Below are positions 1-13,316 of a stretch of 64,000 bases of DNA, in pieces. The DNA is from Haliotis rubra (lineage: Eukaryota). Where the stretch lies: positions 124,001-188,000 of the forward strand of contig NW_025765014.1 in NCBI RefSeq assembly GCF_003918875.1, written 5' to 3'. Both the position numbers and the translations under genes were made by a program. Under the pieces are notes generated by a model. It ran no database searches and was not told the DNA's origin. It worked only from the letters and a program-made list of their open reading frames with translations. Within the stretch, counting starts at the first letter, position 1, and the number at the start of each line of letters is the position of its first letter.

Positions 1-1094
1 AACAACGTATCTGAATTTGGAAAAGCTAACTACCACTCCTCAGCAACATATTGTATATGTTTCAAACTCTAAACGAGCATGCGTAGATAATAAGCAGTTC
101 AGAGTTATCAGAGCTTAAAATATTTCATGCTAAGAACAATGTATGTCAATACGTTGAATAAATACCATTGGCTCCTTGTATGCTGTTTCGATAGAGCTCA
201 GTGGTTAATTTGCTCTGTTTATTAGCTTGTCATGCTGAAGGCAGGGGTTTGATTCCTAGAATGGGGTCAGATTTAACGACAGATTAATTATTTTGTAATG
301 AAATTACATTTCATTATCTTACAATGGAGTGTATTTTATTTGGTTTGAAGTACATTTTGATCCCCTTAATTGTTAGTTTCATGGCTACAGGTGTAGCTGA
401 TACCGTACATCCTGTGGAGCAATAACTCTTTCAAGGTGGTATTACGTTCTCCGAGGTAGTAGCCACCCCTCTACACAATGTTTGTCTGTCCCCCGTCACT
501 GTAGTATGACCGAGTCCAGGTAGAGTGGAGACATTTATGGACCAGTTAGTTGTATACCTGTGATCCTGTGTGTTTACCTGGCTGTGGTCACTCAGGTGGA
601 ACAGGAGGGGGATCAAGTTACACACACCTGTACGTTAGGGTAGGGGTACTTATAGAGGGGTCAGTCCGTAACCTATAAGTATAATGATCCTATGTCTACA
701 GATGAATGGAAATTAGTTACAAACCTAGCTGTGTGTATTTATCAAGTACGTTTCTGTCAGTACAATAAGATATGTAAACATCACATCAGTTGTAACACAG
801 ATGTAATCATAGGCCGATGACCTACACTTACAAAAATGAACTGGATTTGTGTTTACTCCTGAGGGAATTTGTACATCAAACCGGATGTTATTCAAGTGGA
901 GACACTGCTTCATGTAAGGTAGGTTTTATTCAGGTTTACCTGCTCAGCTGGAATCATGTTTTGTCAGGTATGATTAGAAAGTTTGAGGACGGCTTAATGG
1001 TGTATAGGATTGAAGCTGAATGAACCTCAGGGTTCAAGCATGAAGAGGTGGTTGCAAGCTGAATGAAGTAATGCCTTGGAATATTTAAGGACTT

Positions 1095-1740
1095 TGAAGT
1101 TGATTGAAGGGTTTTTTGCAGTAAGACCTCAGCGATACTTGGAGTAAAGGGAGTTTGGGGTTGACTGAAGGGTTCTTGCAGTGAAACTTCAGGGATACTT
1201 GATTGAAGGGTTCTTGCAGTGAAACTTCAGGGATACTTGGAGCAAAGGGAGTTGGGGTTGATTGAAGGGTTCTTGCAGTGAAACTTCAGGGATACTTGGA
1301 GTAAAGGGAGTTGGGGTTGATTGAAGGGTTCTTGCAGTGAAACTTCAGGGATACTTGGAGTAAAGGGAGTTGGGGTTGATTGAAGGGTTCTTGCAGTGAA
1401 ACCTCAGGGATACTTGGAGTAAAGGGAGTTGGGGTTGATTGAAGGTTTCTCGCAGTAAAACCTCAGGGATACTTGGAGTAAAGGGAGTTGGGGTTGATTG
1501 AAGGGTTCTCGCAGTAAAACTTATGGGAAACTTGAAGTAAAGGGAGTTGGGGTTGATTGAAGGTTTCACGCAGTAAAGGAGGTTTCAAGTTGAAGAATAA
1601 TGGGGTTCATGAAATAAGGCCTCAGGAAAACTTGGAGTTAAAGTCTCTTTGGTTGATCAAAAGCGGTTTTGCCGTAAAGGAGGTTTCAAGTTGAATACTT
1701 TGAGGTTCATGAAATAAGGCCTCAGGGATAACCAGTTGAT
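1095..1740 (+). repeat. 59-bp minisatellite (~8 good copies plus diverged flank)
   Basis: Unit gggatacttggagtaaagggagttggggttgattgaagggttcttgcagtgaaacttca. Confidence 0.95.
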
Positions 1741-4253
1741 AATGGCTGTAGGGTTGAATAAAGTGATTCTTGGAGAAAGTGCTAGTTTCTGCAGTTAACA
1801 CTAACACTGTTAACTTTAGTTACTATGTTTACTGTAGTTATTATGTTAACTGGTTGCTTTAAGGTTACTAAGCGTACTCTAGATATTGTGTCCGGTTGAT
1901 GTTACTGTAGTTCCTCTCTCTATGTATACATATTCAGGTTACTGTATTAAATGAGGTTACTGTATACAATGTTCACACACTTACTAAACCACTGTTTGAC
2001 TTGAAATTCTGAACAGTGATATGTTATGGTGCGGTTGTGCATCGGTACTTGTACCAGTTTGTATGATATGGAAGTCATGTCATCAGGAATAGAGGGGGCA
2101 TACGCAATGTCTGATAACTTCTTTGAGTGGCATTTTAGAAGTTGGGAAGTACAATATAGAACAAACTTTATGGATAACAACTTCTTTGTTTTCTTCGTTA
2201 CATTGTTACATCCAGTATATATACACTTCCCCCTTCTTCATGTTCCATTATGCTTGACAACGGTACAAGAATCTGGATGGAAACGTCGCACACTCACGAA
2301 TAAAAAGAAGTTGTTATCCATAAAGTTTGTTCTATATATTGTACAATGTCTGATGTTCACTAAAAGCAGTTATCTTCGTTAGTCCTGTTGTTATTCTATT
2401 GTGATGTTGCGCAGTGATTTTGAAAGGGACATAGGGAATTGTGGACATTTTCATCATTTCATCACTTGAGTCATCATCACTAAGCTTGAAAAAATATCTT
2501 GGAAGACAATCACTGAATATACTAGAACATCAACCAATCAGTATCTGTGCTGATCATGTTATAAGTCATATCACCATCTTTGCTACGCAGCTTTTAAGAA
2601 ATGTTTACTCCTACGTTTGCCATAGCATGAATCCTGGGATCCGATAATCAAATGTCACTCCCTTGAATACAGCTCTTAAGCCGAGCCTCAATAGCTGTAT
2701 TATATATCTTTTCACAACACATTGCATCAATATCTTTGTCACATAGCAATCCCCACCCCAACGGAAGGAAGCTGTTTTCTATGTTATCATTATTAATCTC
2801 CATGACAGTTAAATATTAAAATATATAGCTGTTTCGTTCCTCTTTTTTTTTAAATCTATAAGAAATTACCTTAAGACTGTTGGGAATCAACCCTGGCCTT
2901 CAGACATCCTACAATGTCCAGTCAATGTCGAATGTCCCACCCTGGCTATTTGGGTTGATAACGTTGGTGTTGGCAACACCTCACAGGGAGGGATTGTTTA
3001 CATCAGTGTCCGAACACTCTGCACAGACTCTCTTTGTGATGTGAGTCGAAAGTCCCTCCACAAGTTAATGTAGATGAAGTTGATTCTGTAGATCCTTCCC
3101 CACTATCTGACTCGACCGATTTACAGAGCTGTCACTTTCTATTGTGCCCCTTTGAATGATTGAAGTACGTGCTGGGTGCTTGTGATCAGGGGCCAGTGGT
3201 CGTGAGCTGTGTATAGAGGACCTGGCTAGTATGTTTGCGGTGGAGTCTGTGTGTCACGTGGGGTGTGCACTGTAGGTACATGCTACCTATCTACAGGGGG
3301 AGAGCCAGGGACACCTACTGTGTCAACATCTCTTCATACCGCTGGTGTGACGACAGGTATGTGAGGGTTTGGATGACAGGAGAATGGTGTTATCATTGTG
3401 CTTCTATGGTTTCTTTGCCGATTGACTCAGTCTTGATTCTGCCAACTGTCGCCAGGTGTATAGATTGATATAGACTAAGTTTGTTGAGGCTGGTTCCACC
3501 ACTCCTTCACTCAATGACAGCAGGTCACGTCGTGTACTAGGTATGCTTCTACTCTTCACTTCTTTGTCCAAACATATTCCAAACTGAAACATTTTGTAGT
3601 TGCTACCTGCAATAATGTCAGAGTTGTGATGTTGTGCATGGCAATCTTAGCACTAAGATGATAGTAACTAGTCTACCTTAACATTGACTTACGACAATGG
3701 CACATATTGCTGTGGTTGTTTTGTTAATTTTGTACAAATATTGTTGATTTTTTTGTTTTATTTTATGGGGCATGGCAGTATACCATGCTCCAAGTCATGA
3801 TGATTCTGTGAGCCTTTGTAGGTTTTTGCCTCTGTATTTGAGTCTAATGACTCTATATTCAGCTTTAACATAAGCTCATGGGTAGGACACCTTGCCTTCC
3901 TTGCTTGCTTAACAGCACTGGTGTACATGTTATGTAATGCTAAATCAGGATGCAGTTATTCACAACTAAGTATAGTTTTGTGTTGACAAGTCGAGCCATC
4001 TTGTCATATTGATTTTCATAAACATGCATAATTCGATATTTGTGTGTGTGCTCATCTTCCTGAAATGATATGTGGCTGTAAGCCCAGGTATTATTGACAT
4101 GTTTAGCAGGTATTGTTACATGTGGAAAATACATGATCACAACTTAGCAGATGCAGCGTAACTTGAGGCTGTGACGTCTTCAGGTTGTGAATCCTGACAC
4201 TGATTGTCTGGTCTGTGTGGCAACATCTTGAGTCAAGTTGTTTCTATTTCCAG

Positions 4254-4308
4254 AGCAAGAGAAGAGTCGGGGGCCAGGAGGTGCGGAGGAGGAGTCAGCT
4301 ACGGGGAA
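4254..4308 (+). CDS. TACC: TACC internal exon (upstream, long isoform): xQEKSRGPGGAEEESATG(N)
   Basis: Pyrimidine-rich acceptor tttctatttccag and a canonical aa|gtaagt donor. The exon is purine/GC-rich and open, and its phase-2 end matches the phase-2 start of the 31480 exon. Assignment to TACC rests on phase and position, not homology. Confidence 0.6.
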
Positions 4309-4377
4309 GTAAGTCCACTGGCATCACACACGGAAACTACTTCTTTAAACACAGCTAACTCACGTAGATTGTTTTTG

Positions 4378-4730
4378 CATTGTCACTGACCTGAAAATGC
4401 TGCATGCTCATGTGACTGATTATTACATTGTACTTGACCTGAAAATGCTGCATACTCACGTAACTGATTATTACATTGTACTTGACCTGAAAACACTGCT
4501 TATTCATGTAACTGATTATTACATTGTCAACTGACCTGAAAACACTGCTTATTCATGTAACTGATTATTACATTGTCAACTGACCTGAAAACACTGCATA
4601 CTCATGTAAATAATTATTACATTGTAATTCACCTGAACACAGCATTCTCATGTAAGTAATCATTACATTGTAATTGATCTGAAAACACTGCATACTCACG
4701 TAGCTGGTTATTACATTGTGATTGAACTGA
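4378..4730 (+). repeat. ~49-bp minisatellite (~7 copies)
   Basis: Unit ctgacctgaaaacactgcttattcatgtaactgattattacattgtcaa. Confidence 0.92.
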
Positions 4731-7700
4731 TGACTGCATCAATATATGAAAGACGTATAGTCTTATGAAGGGTCCCAATAACCATGCTTGTTGTATCAGG
4801 ATATGTGCCACGCTTGGTAGATAGTCATCGTACCCCAATGTACATTGCTGATCATGTTACATATAAGTAATCACAGGTTTGTCTGACCCAGACTCAATTG
4901 TGAACAGGCTGTTTTGATGGATATGGCTGAAATATTGCTAACTGCTGCATTGAACTACGAACCATTGAACTAGAAATGTCTCCATTCCTGAAAAGTAATT
5001 AACAACTGAGATGAAAGCATGACGTAACATACCGTAATGTCACAGGTATATGCACATGGGCCCCATCTTAAGTTATATTTAAAAAAATATAATCAACAAA
5101 GAACATAGCTGTAAAGAAGTTAATAGAATATCACCACATGCACCAATACATATAGTCAAATCAAACATCCATACCTCCCTTCTCATTATATTGTTGTGAG
5201 CCGATGTATGAATCCATCGGTCAACGATTAGTGACGATGCAGTGATGAATGCTGTACGGGACCAGTCACGACAAGCAACACATGTTCGAGTCAAGGTTTT
5301 GTTTACAAGGCAAATTCCATTTCACAAGTTATTTGAACAACAGGCATGGATGAATGGTTAGTTTTTTTAACTTACATAAGAAGGTACAACAACTGAAATA
5401 TTTATATACCGATCATTAAAGATAGTAGGTTGGAACATGATTTTGTAAATGAATACTGGAGACCTGTCAATTATCAAGATCTTAGAATTAACTCTGGGCA
5501 AGTCATTACGTGGGGATTAATTTGTTAGTTCAAATTGACTTTTCTTAGGGACAATGAACCCTTCCAACCTTTTACAAAGAAGAAAGAAATAGGTTAAAAA
5601 GTGATATAAAAAGAGATGTATTGAAGTTTAGGGAAATGTGTTACTCACTCAGAGGCATTTCTGTAAGAGGTTAAAGGTTTTGAAAGTATATCTTTTACAT
5701 ATATATTGACATCAAAACATGTTTCTTAATTTTAGGTAAATTTTTCCACTGGTGCCATGTAATTTTTCAGTAAGTTTCTCATCCTGAACATAACGAAATA
5801 TTGATGATGAACATGTAGTGAATAGCTTACATATTCTGAAATCACTCATCAAACGAATTACATGTTAATTGTTGTTACAATGATAAGTGTTTTCTTTGAG
5901 AGGCATGTTAGAATAGAACTCGGATTTCCTTAATGGTAAGTGTTGTTTGTCAGCTTAGCTGGTTCCAGCGGGTCGTGTTGTGGACTCATTGATCCGGCAG
6001 TGTTCTGGCTATGAACCACGGAGTTGCCACCTCTGTCATCGGGGTTTGTCCAACTCTGGAAGAGGGTCCTATTTCTGGGACTCTACGGTATATGGTTCTC
6101 ATATAAGGTCATATGACCTAAAAGCTGAATAAATAAGGAAAATATGTCTTCAACTTCCCATTAGAATTGACGAGGTCAGATCAGGTTAGATCATGTCAGT
6201 TCTATCTCAACATTTTATCAATGTGGACAGATCACCGATTATTTTATAGAGCACGAAGTTGATGTAGAATGAGAGAAAGAGCACGTGAATATTTGTTCCA
6301 ACAGTTTGAGAGACCCATGAGATCTAGTTGATGAAGAGTGTGTTTCAAGTGTACTTACAATTTGCATTAAGAGAACTGACTTAAGGCTGAGTGGTTGTGT
6401 CACCATCACTGTGGTAGAGGTCCAGTCAAGTGTTGGATATGAAATAATAATATGGTGCAGGCTCATCTAGGTGTGTATAAGTGCATGTGATGATGTGCAT
6501 AAGCATCCATCAACACTAGCACCAGGAATCTGCATGTGACACATGACCTCCCCACACTGTATCCTGACCCAGTGTTTAGCCACAGACAGGATGGTACACT
6601 TCCCTTCCACTTCATGCAGGAAGGACTGTGATGACTCCATTGTGGCAGGACATCCACTCTGTGGTGGCCGAAGTCAAGATTAATGTGCTGTTTCAGGGAT
6701 ACTATAATTTGTGTGGAAAATAATTTAAATCAATCCATGTTTTGGTTTCAAGAATTTGGATACTTTGCCAATCTTTCTTTTGTTTGAAGGATTTTTGTGG
6801 ATTTGTATATATGAACTTGGCATGTGGAATTTGTGTACTTTGTGTCATGATTCACGGAAGAACAGAGTGAACCAAAGTTGGATGAAGACTGAAAGAATAA
6901 TTAACGAATCTGACTATTGTCATTAATCTTTCAGGTTAGTTTGATCAGCTCCTAGTCATGTTGTCTGAATGTCAGATTACGATGTATTGTCACGGGATTT
7001 GATGTCAACTCTGTGACCTTGAATAGTCAGAATTAGGGATGTCAAGTAGGAGGATGTGGAGCCATGTGGTTGATGAAGTTAAGCATGCATTAGATGGATG
7101 GAGTGAAGCTTCAGAAGAAAATGGCAAGGTGTTCTCTGTTTTGTGAGCGTTGTGGACAGACTCTGAAGATGTTGTTGACAGGGTTGCTGGATCGATAGCT
7201 TTGTTGCATGTGGTGTGAGATTATTCCAGAATACCTTCCACGACGCCGAGATAGGTGTGTCACATGTTAGGGTGACAGTGGCTGAGGTTTTATGTTGAGA
7301 TTTCATCTTGGAAACACAGCGAGCTGTTTCCTGAACTGGTTGAAAGTCTGTCTGTTTGGTGACATTGGAGGGTAATAGCTGAACCTGTTGTTCGGAAAAG
7401 TTTGATCATCATTTTCTGTTGTGAATGAGTCTGTGATGAGACAGGATGAGCTGGTCCAGTCTGCTGATCAGACGAGGATGAAGAGGAATATTGTGAATGT
7501 GACAAGGCAGTATGACAATCTCAAGACTCCGACACAGTCTGCAATAACACCAGCTGTGTATTGATTTCCACATACTTTGATACAATGTCTAAGAAACATG
7601 TTCGTGACAGACCCTGGTGAATTCAATATGCTTCGAAATCCAGCAACAAGTCATCTGCTTCAACTGTGACAAACTTCAAAGTGACTTTTGATCAGAATTT

Positions 7701-8189
7701 GAGATTCCGATGATTAGTTACGATAGAAACCACGACCAGTAGGTCATCTGCAACTTTGAGCTTTGATGTCCAAGGTGTTGACGTCTGTTAGTGTTGACGT
7801 CTGCTGGTGTTGACGTCTGCTCCTCCCATCTGTCCATCTGGCCGCAATGAAGCATGGGCATCATCTGGTCATATCTTTGGGGGATACGTATGCCTTGTAG
7901 AGCTGTTGTCCACACTGCTCCACCAGATGTACAAAGGTGCTACACAAATATAGTATATATACTCAGTCTTTTCTATTTATTCAGTTTCTAAAGTCGATAC
8001 TGTATGCATAAGTTGGATTGATTTTACACATTGGATTAAAGCACTGTAATGCATTGACTCTCTGCATATATTTTCAATGGTGGAAACTGGATAGTGTGGA
8101 ACTTATTGCTATTTGTTTATGAAATATTACGGAATATGTTGCTTATGAGTTATGTATGATACCTTGCTCTAAGTTCTTTTGTACTGAGT

Positions 8190-8845
8190 CTTTCCTTGTT
8201 TTAGGTTGTATGGTACATTGCATTTATTGTCCCTTTGTTGTAGGTTGTATGGTACAATTGTATTCATCCTCTCCTTGTTCTAGGTTCTATGGTACATTGT
8301 ATTCATCCTCTCCTTGTTCTAGGTTCTATGGTACATTGTATTCATCCTCTCCTTGTTCTAGGTTCTATGGTACATTGTATTCATCCTCCCCTTGTTCTAG
8401 GTTCTATGGTACATTGTATTCATCCTCTCCTTGTTCTAGGTTCTATGGGGTGGTGGGGTAGCCTAATGGTTAAGGTGTTCACTCGTCACGCTAAAGACCC
8501 GGGTTGGATTACCCACATGGGCACAATCCGGAAGCCCATTTCTGGTGTTCCCCGCCATGATATTGCTGGAATATTGTTAAAAGCAGCGTAAAACCAAACT
8601 CACTCAGTCTCTTGTGTTGATTTTCACTTTGCTGTAGGTTGTATGGTACATCCTGTCCTTGTTCTAGGTTCTATGGTACATTGTATTCATCCTCTCCTTG
8701 TTCTAGGTTCTATGGTACAATTGTATTCATCCTCTCCTTGTTCTAGGTTCTATGGTACATTGTATTCATCCTCTCCTTGTTCTAGGTTCTATGGTACATT
8801 GTATTCATCCTCTCCTTGTTCTAGGTTCTATGGTACATTGTGTTG
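8190..8845 (+). repeat. 39-bp minisatellite interrupted by a SINE
   Basis: Unit taggttctatggtacattgtattcatcctctccttgttc. Confidence 0.95.
8447..8607 (+). mobile_element. tRNA-derived SINE, family A, inserted in a 39-bp minisatellite
   Basis: A-box (tagcctaatggtt), degenerate B-box (gggttggatt), shared body gaagcccatttctggtg...gctggaatattg, and actc tail. Confidence 0.9.
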
Positions 8846-11677
8846 ATTCTCTCCTTTATAATAGTACATTGTATTCTCAGTGTCCAGAATGTGTCAGTAT
8901 GAAATGGGTTATACAGCTTGAAAAGACCACTGCTTCGTTTCAGAAATGTTCAAATAGATGTTCAAACTATTTGAGTTGTGGGTTGGCCATTTTAAAGTTG
9001 TATTGACTGTATCCCTCTCTTGATTCAACATTCTCACATTATTGTAATTACCACGTATCATTCTCCATGGCTGGAAAACATAGAAAATAGCGGTGTACTG
9101 TACTGTAGATACAGTTGTGTAAAGATGGTGGGGCAGTAGGGACAGTGAAGGATGCATGGATGGTACTTGAGTGATTGGTCACAGGAATTTCTTGCTGTAC
9201 TGTGTCAAAAACACGTCCCATGTTGATATTTCATGCACTGTGTTGAAATTCTCTGAGCTAGCATGCTTTGACATGCTGGTGACATACTTTCCCAGTGGTG
9301 GTGTCCCAAAATATGAGTTACTGACATCAATTCATGACCCATTAGACTAACATCTAGTCTCTGAAATGAACATTTTTACAGGGGAATAGGTTCATATTCA
9401 TAAATTATGATTAAAAGTCCAGAGAATATTTTTCATTTTCAGAAACTGAAACTGTGGTGATCTAGACTTGCCACATATTCTAGACTTTCAGAAGCTTTCT
9501 TGGATATATTTGTGTAAGGGTCTGTATGACAGCCTTGGGCAGACTTTAGACAGAATTTCATTCCCTTAGATTTCTTGCTGCCATGCACAAATGTGTGTCT
9601 TTCTCTGTGGGGTAGCCTATTGATTCATTCCAGGGTCTGATATGGTTATATAAGTGTGCTGCACACACCATTTTAGTACTTAACTGAGCAGGAGTGTCAT
9701 ACTGCCTGCAAAGACACTTGAAATCTAGTATCAGGGTCCTTGGACCCCCACTTATGTAAGTTAAGGTAAAATCTGAATGGTGTTAACATTTCACACTGAA
9801 TATTAAAACTTCACAACAGTATCTCATTGTACCTGGAGGTGGCACCCTGTACAGGTTGACCTGTTTATAACAATCTGTGGTATGTCTTTTGTCAGTTAAG
9901 CACTGTGTTCATTGTGGTCTGAACATTCACCACAAAAAAACTACCATACAATATCAGATCTCTGAAGGGAGTAGGCAAAGACAGTTATTGTCCGCATAGC
10001 ACTTGCATAGGCTGCATGTAATTGGCATAGCTTATTTATGACAGACTTTATGATCCAATTCACAGTAAAGAGTGAGTATCTTAATCCTGCTGATCAGTGA
10101 AGGCAGCTAGGGACATATCAGAGGTGTTCTGTAGTAAATGACTGCTCCCTTGTGGTGCAATAACTGCTCCCTGATACTACACGTTAGTAGCCGGGCTGAA
10201 GGCAAAACATGTTGGCTTCTGGTTTCTTCATTGACTGTAATCAGGAACCTCTCAACCTAAACTATTTTTGCTGTTATTTTTTTATCTTTTCCAGATCTTT
10301 TATCATTGTCCTGGGACTGTATTTATTTCTGCTAGTATCTACCTTTGATGTGCTTCACTTAATAGCTAAACTAGGCATTGACTTTAAATGGTATTTAGAA
10401 GTGATACACATAAGGAAGAAAGTTTTATTGATGTCAGCTTCTTTATAAGATAAACACAATGTTTCAGAGTACATGCTTACTCCTTCATGAAGGAGTCTCT
10501 ACCTTACGTGTATCACTTCTAAACATGAACAAGTAAGCACATACTCCAAAACGTTGTTTTCCTCATAAAAAAAGAAGTTGGCGTCCGTAAAACTCTCTTC
10601 CATATTATCTTTAGAAACCAGGTTTTTGCTAATCAAGAGATTAATCAGAGAAAGAAATTAAGACATATCTAATCTATATTTTTATGGGCTGAAATAAACA
10701 TTCTGTACTTTAGTTTTGGCGAATGGTAGTAGAGGTGCTTTAGGAATCTGAGCACACATTAATCTACATGGGTATTTGTGTTATAGTGCCTATTTCGGTG
10801 ACCCCCTGCTGTGATAATGGTGGTATGTTGTTAATAGCCCTTTCAAACTCAGCATAAATTCTATGAGGATCGTTTGAAATTATTATAAAAATTACTTCCT
10901 ACTACAAGGCTCGGTATGTGTTATTGTGGTATGGTAGCTTGACTGATGTGCACCCCAACCAATATCCTGTGTGCTGCAAGAAGAGTGTAATATGATAACA
11001 CTCCTATGTTGCTTCATCTTGACACGCAAATTCTGTTTCACAAGTTTTATGTTCTTCACACCATATTTATGTCAATGGTTATGTGATGAAATATTCATAA
11101 AGGCTTTGTTTGTCCTGCTCGATGATGTCCAGTCTTTGTCTATGTTACATTGACCAGCCATGTCTTATTCAGACTAATGCTTAGTCCCTGAATATATATA
11201 ATTTTAATAGTAACAAATACACCTGTGTAAACTGAAAAGGAGCCTCTAGGAGACCAGAGATAATCTGAACCTGAGGAAATCTAGACTTACTTCATTTAGG
11301 GCTTCAGCATTGCAGGGAGGGCTGGGCAGTTAGGGAAAATAATATGGTTCAGGGACTGTGAGACAGACTATGTCTTATTCTGGCTGGTTTGAGTTCTGTG
11401 CAGCCAACCATGGTGTGTGAGGGGCTGTGTGATGACTGTAATGACAACGTGTAACGGTATTATCACAGTCAGCTCCATGTGTGAAGCTGGCCAAAGGTGG
11501 CCCAGTTGCCCAGGGTGACACAGTTAGTAAGTTGCCGGAAAGCTGTCCCGAGTGAGGGTTCAGACCGGGTCAACCTTGATGTTTCTAGGTTTGCTTACAC
11601 CAAACACATGGATTTCACCACAGTGGCTAATGGTTAAGACTTTTATTACTGGGGGCTTTTCTTTCCTTTGTGAAAAT

Positions 11678-11843
11678 GGGGCTGTGGGGTAGCCTAGTGG
11701 TTAAAGTGTCTGCTCGTCATGCTGCAGACCTGGGTTCAATTCCCCACATGAGTACAATATGTGAAGCCCATTTCTGGTGTTCCCCGCCGTGATATTGCTG
11801 GAATAATGCTAAAAGCAACGTTAAACCATGCTCACTGACTTAC
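11678..11843 (+). mobile_element. SINE family A with TSD
   Basis: Full head, body and tail; TSD tcctttgtgaaa at 11664-11675 and 11844-11855. Confidence 0.92.
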
Positions 11844-13217
11844 TCCTTTGTGAAATTGAGGTTACTAAGTGTAGCTGTACTACAATTGTAAGGACAGCAA
11901 TAATTAACTGGATTATCAAACAGTCACCTTTATGTGTTAAGGAGTTTGACTAATGACAGCTCATAGCTGTAATTTCACAAGTACTTCAGGTAGGAGAGAT
12001 CATTAAGTAAGTTTAGTGGTTAGTCAAGCATAGAGAATTGCAATTAGGGTTTCTTGGATTCAAACTCACAGCTAACTGATCCTGGCAGCAAAGGGGCATA
12101 ACTCTGCTTAGGTGAATTCATTTGATAGCACTAGGCCCCTTGTTTCTTCTGTTATGGAAAGAGTTAGGCTTTTGATTGACCCTCGAGTTTGTGAAGACTA
12201 ACCAAACAATGACAAAGGACAGAATCAGAAACAATATATATGTATTTTGTTTTTTTAGGCATGATTTCACTTTAGAGAGTGTATGGAAGTGTATGCCGAA
12301 GAAGCCCCTTCCGTGTCAATGCTTCAAGGTGATGGCCCTAGTGGTGAAGGACAAAGCCAAATCCTCATTTCATATAAAACTTATATTCATGTGCCATAAG
12401 TGCCGAAATAATAATTGCATAGCAACATGAAATCCCACTCACTTACTCACTTTTACGAGAATTTGACATTTCTTGAAGGGACTTCCGTCGCATGAACTAA
12501 ACTAGAGAGAGCTGATGATGAACTTGTATTAAATCTTTCCCTGAGAAGCAGCTCTTAAAGTGAATCTAATTAAGTTAAATCACTTCCTGAAAGCCCAAAG
12601 CATTTGAGAAAATCTATAACAGTGAAGAGAGCTGCTAAAGACCTATTCATAACTGGACTGAATTCCCTGTTGGGTTGAAATATCAGCAACACGAATGCAG
12701 TTGCTGCTGTGTGTCCCGAAGGGTATCTGGTGACATTGTGTGACTTTTCTACTTCCAGCCCTATTACACCAATCAGATTCCGGTAAACCCATCTTTTAAT
12801 ATCCTCCTCCAGAGCAGGGCAAGCATGAATCATAATGAATATTTTTTTAGGATGTTCTGAACAGTGGTCTGACTGGATGCATTGTATAACCATCTGATTA
12901 TTTTAGGGACACAATTGTGATTCAGATATTCCACTTGTTTGGTTAAACATAAATATCCATTTATGATTCTTGAATCATGACATAACTACAAAAAAATGTA
13001 AGTAGCTTTTTCTTGACACCTTTAGCCAGCTTTTATGACAATACAATGTCAGATTTAAGACTGGAAATTGCATTATTTTGATGATGTAGATATAAGTCCT
13101 TGCTATTTTGAACATCAGGAAGATGTGGATTAATATGTGTCTGTATATAGTGTGAGCCAACATGGACCAAAGAAACTGACCATATTTATTATACTCGCTT
13201 TATTATGTCAGTCACGA

Positions 13218-13316
13218 CCCCACATGGGCACAATGTGTGAAGCCCATTTCTGGTGTCCCCCGCCGTGATATTGCTGGAATATTGCTAATGGCGTAAAACC
13301 ATACTCACTCACTCAC
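13218..13316 (+). mobile_element. 5'-truncated SINE family A with TSD
   Basis: Body plus (actc)n tail; TSD tgtcagtcacga at 13206-13217 and 13317-13328. Confidence 0.92.

Noticed and set aside
633-646. Telomere-like gttagggtagggg
   Set aside because: Only one TTAGGG; expected by chance.
860-918. LYIKPDVI as the TACC Aurora-A motif (SLYxKFDPL)
   Set aside because: Poor match, and in-frame stops lie between the nearest acceptor and the motif.
12570-12893. 107-aa minus-strand ORF
   Set aside because: No recognisable domain or exon chain; at best an unidentifiable decayed fragment.
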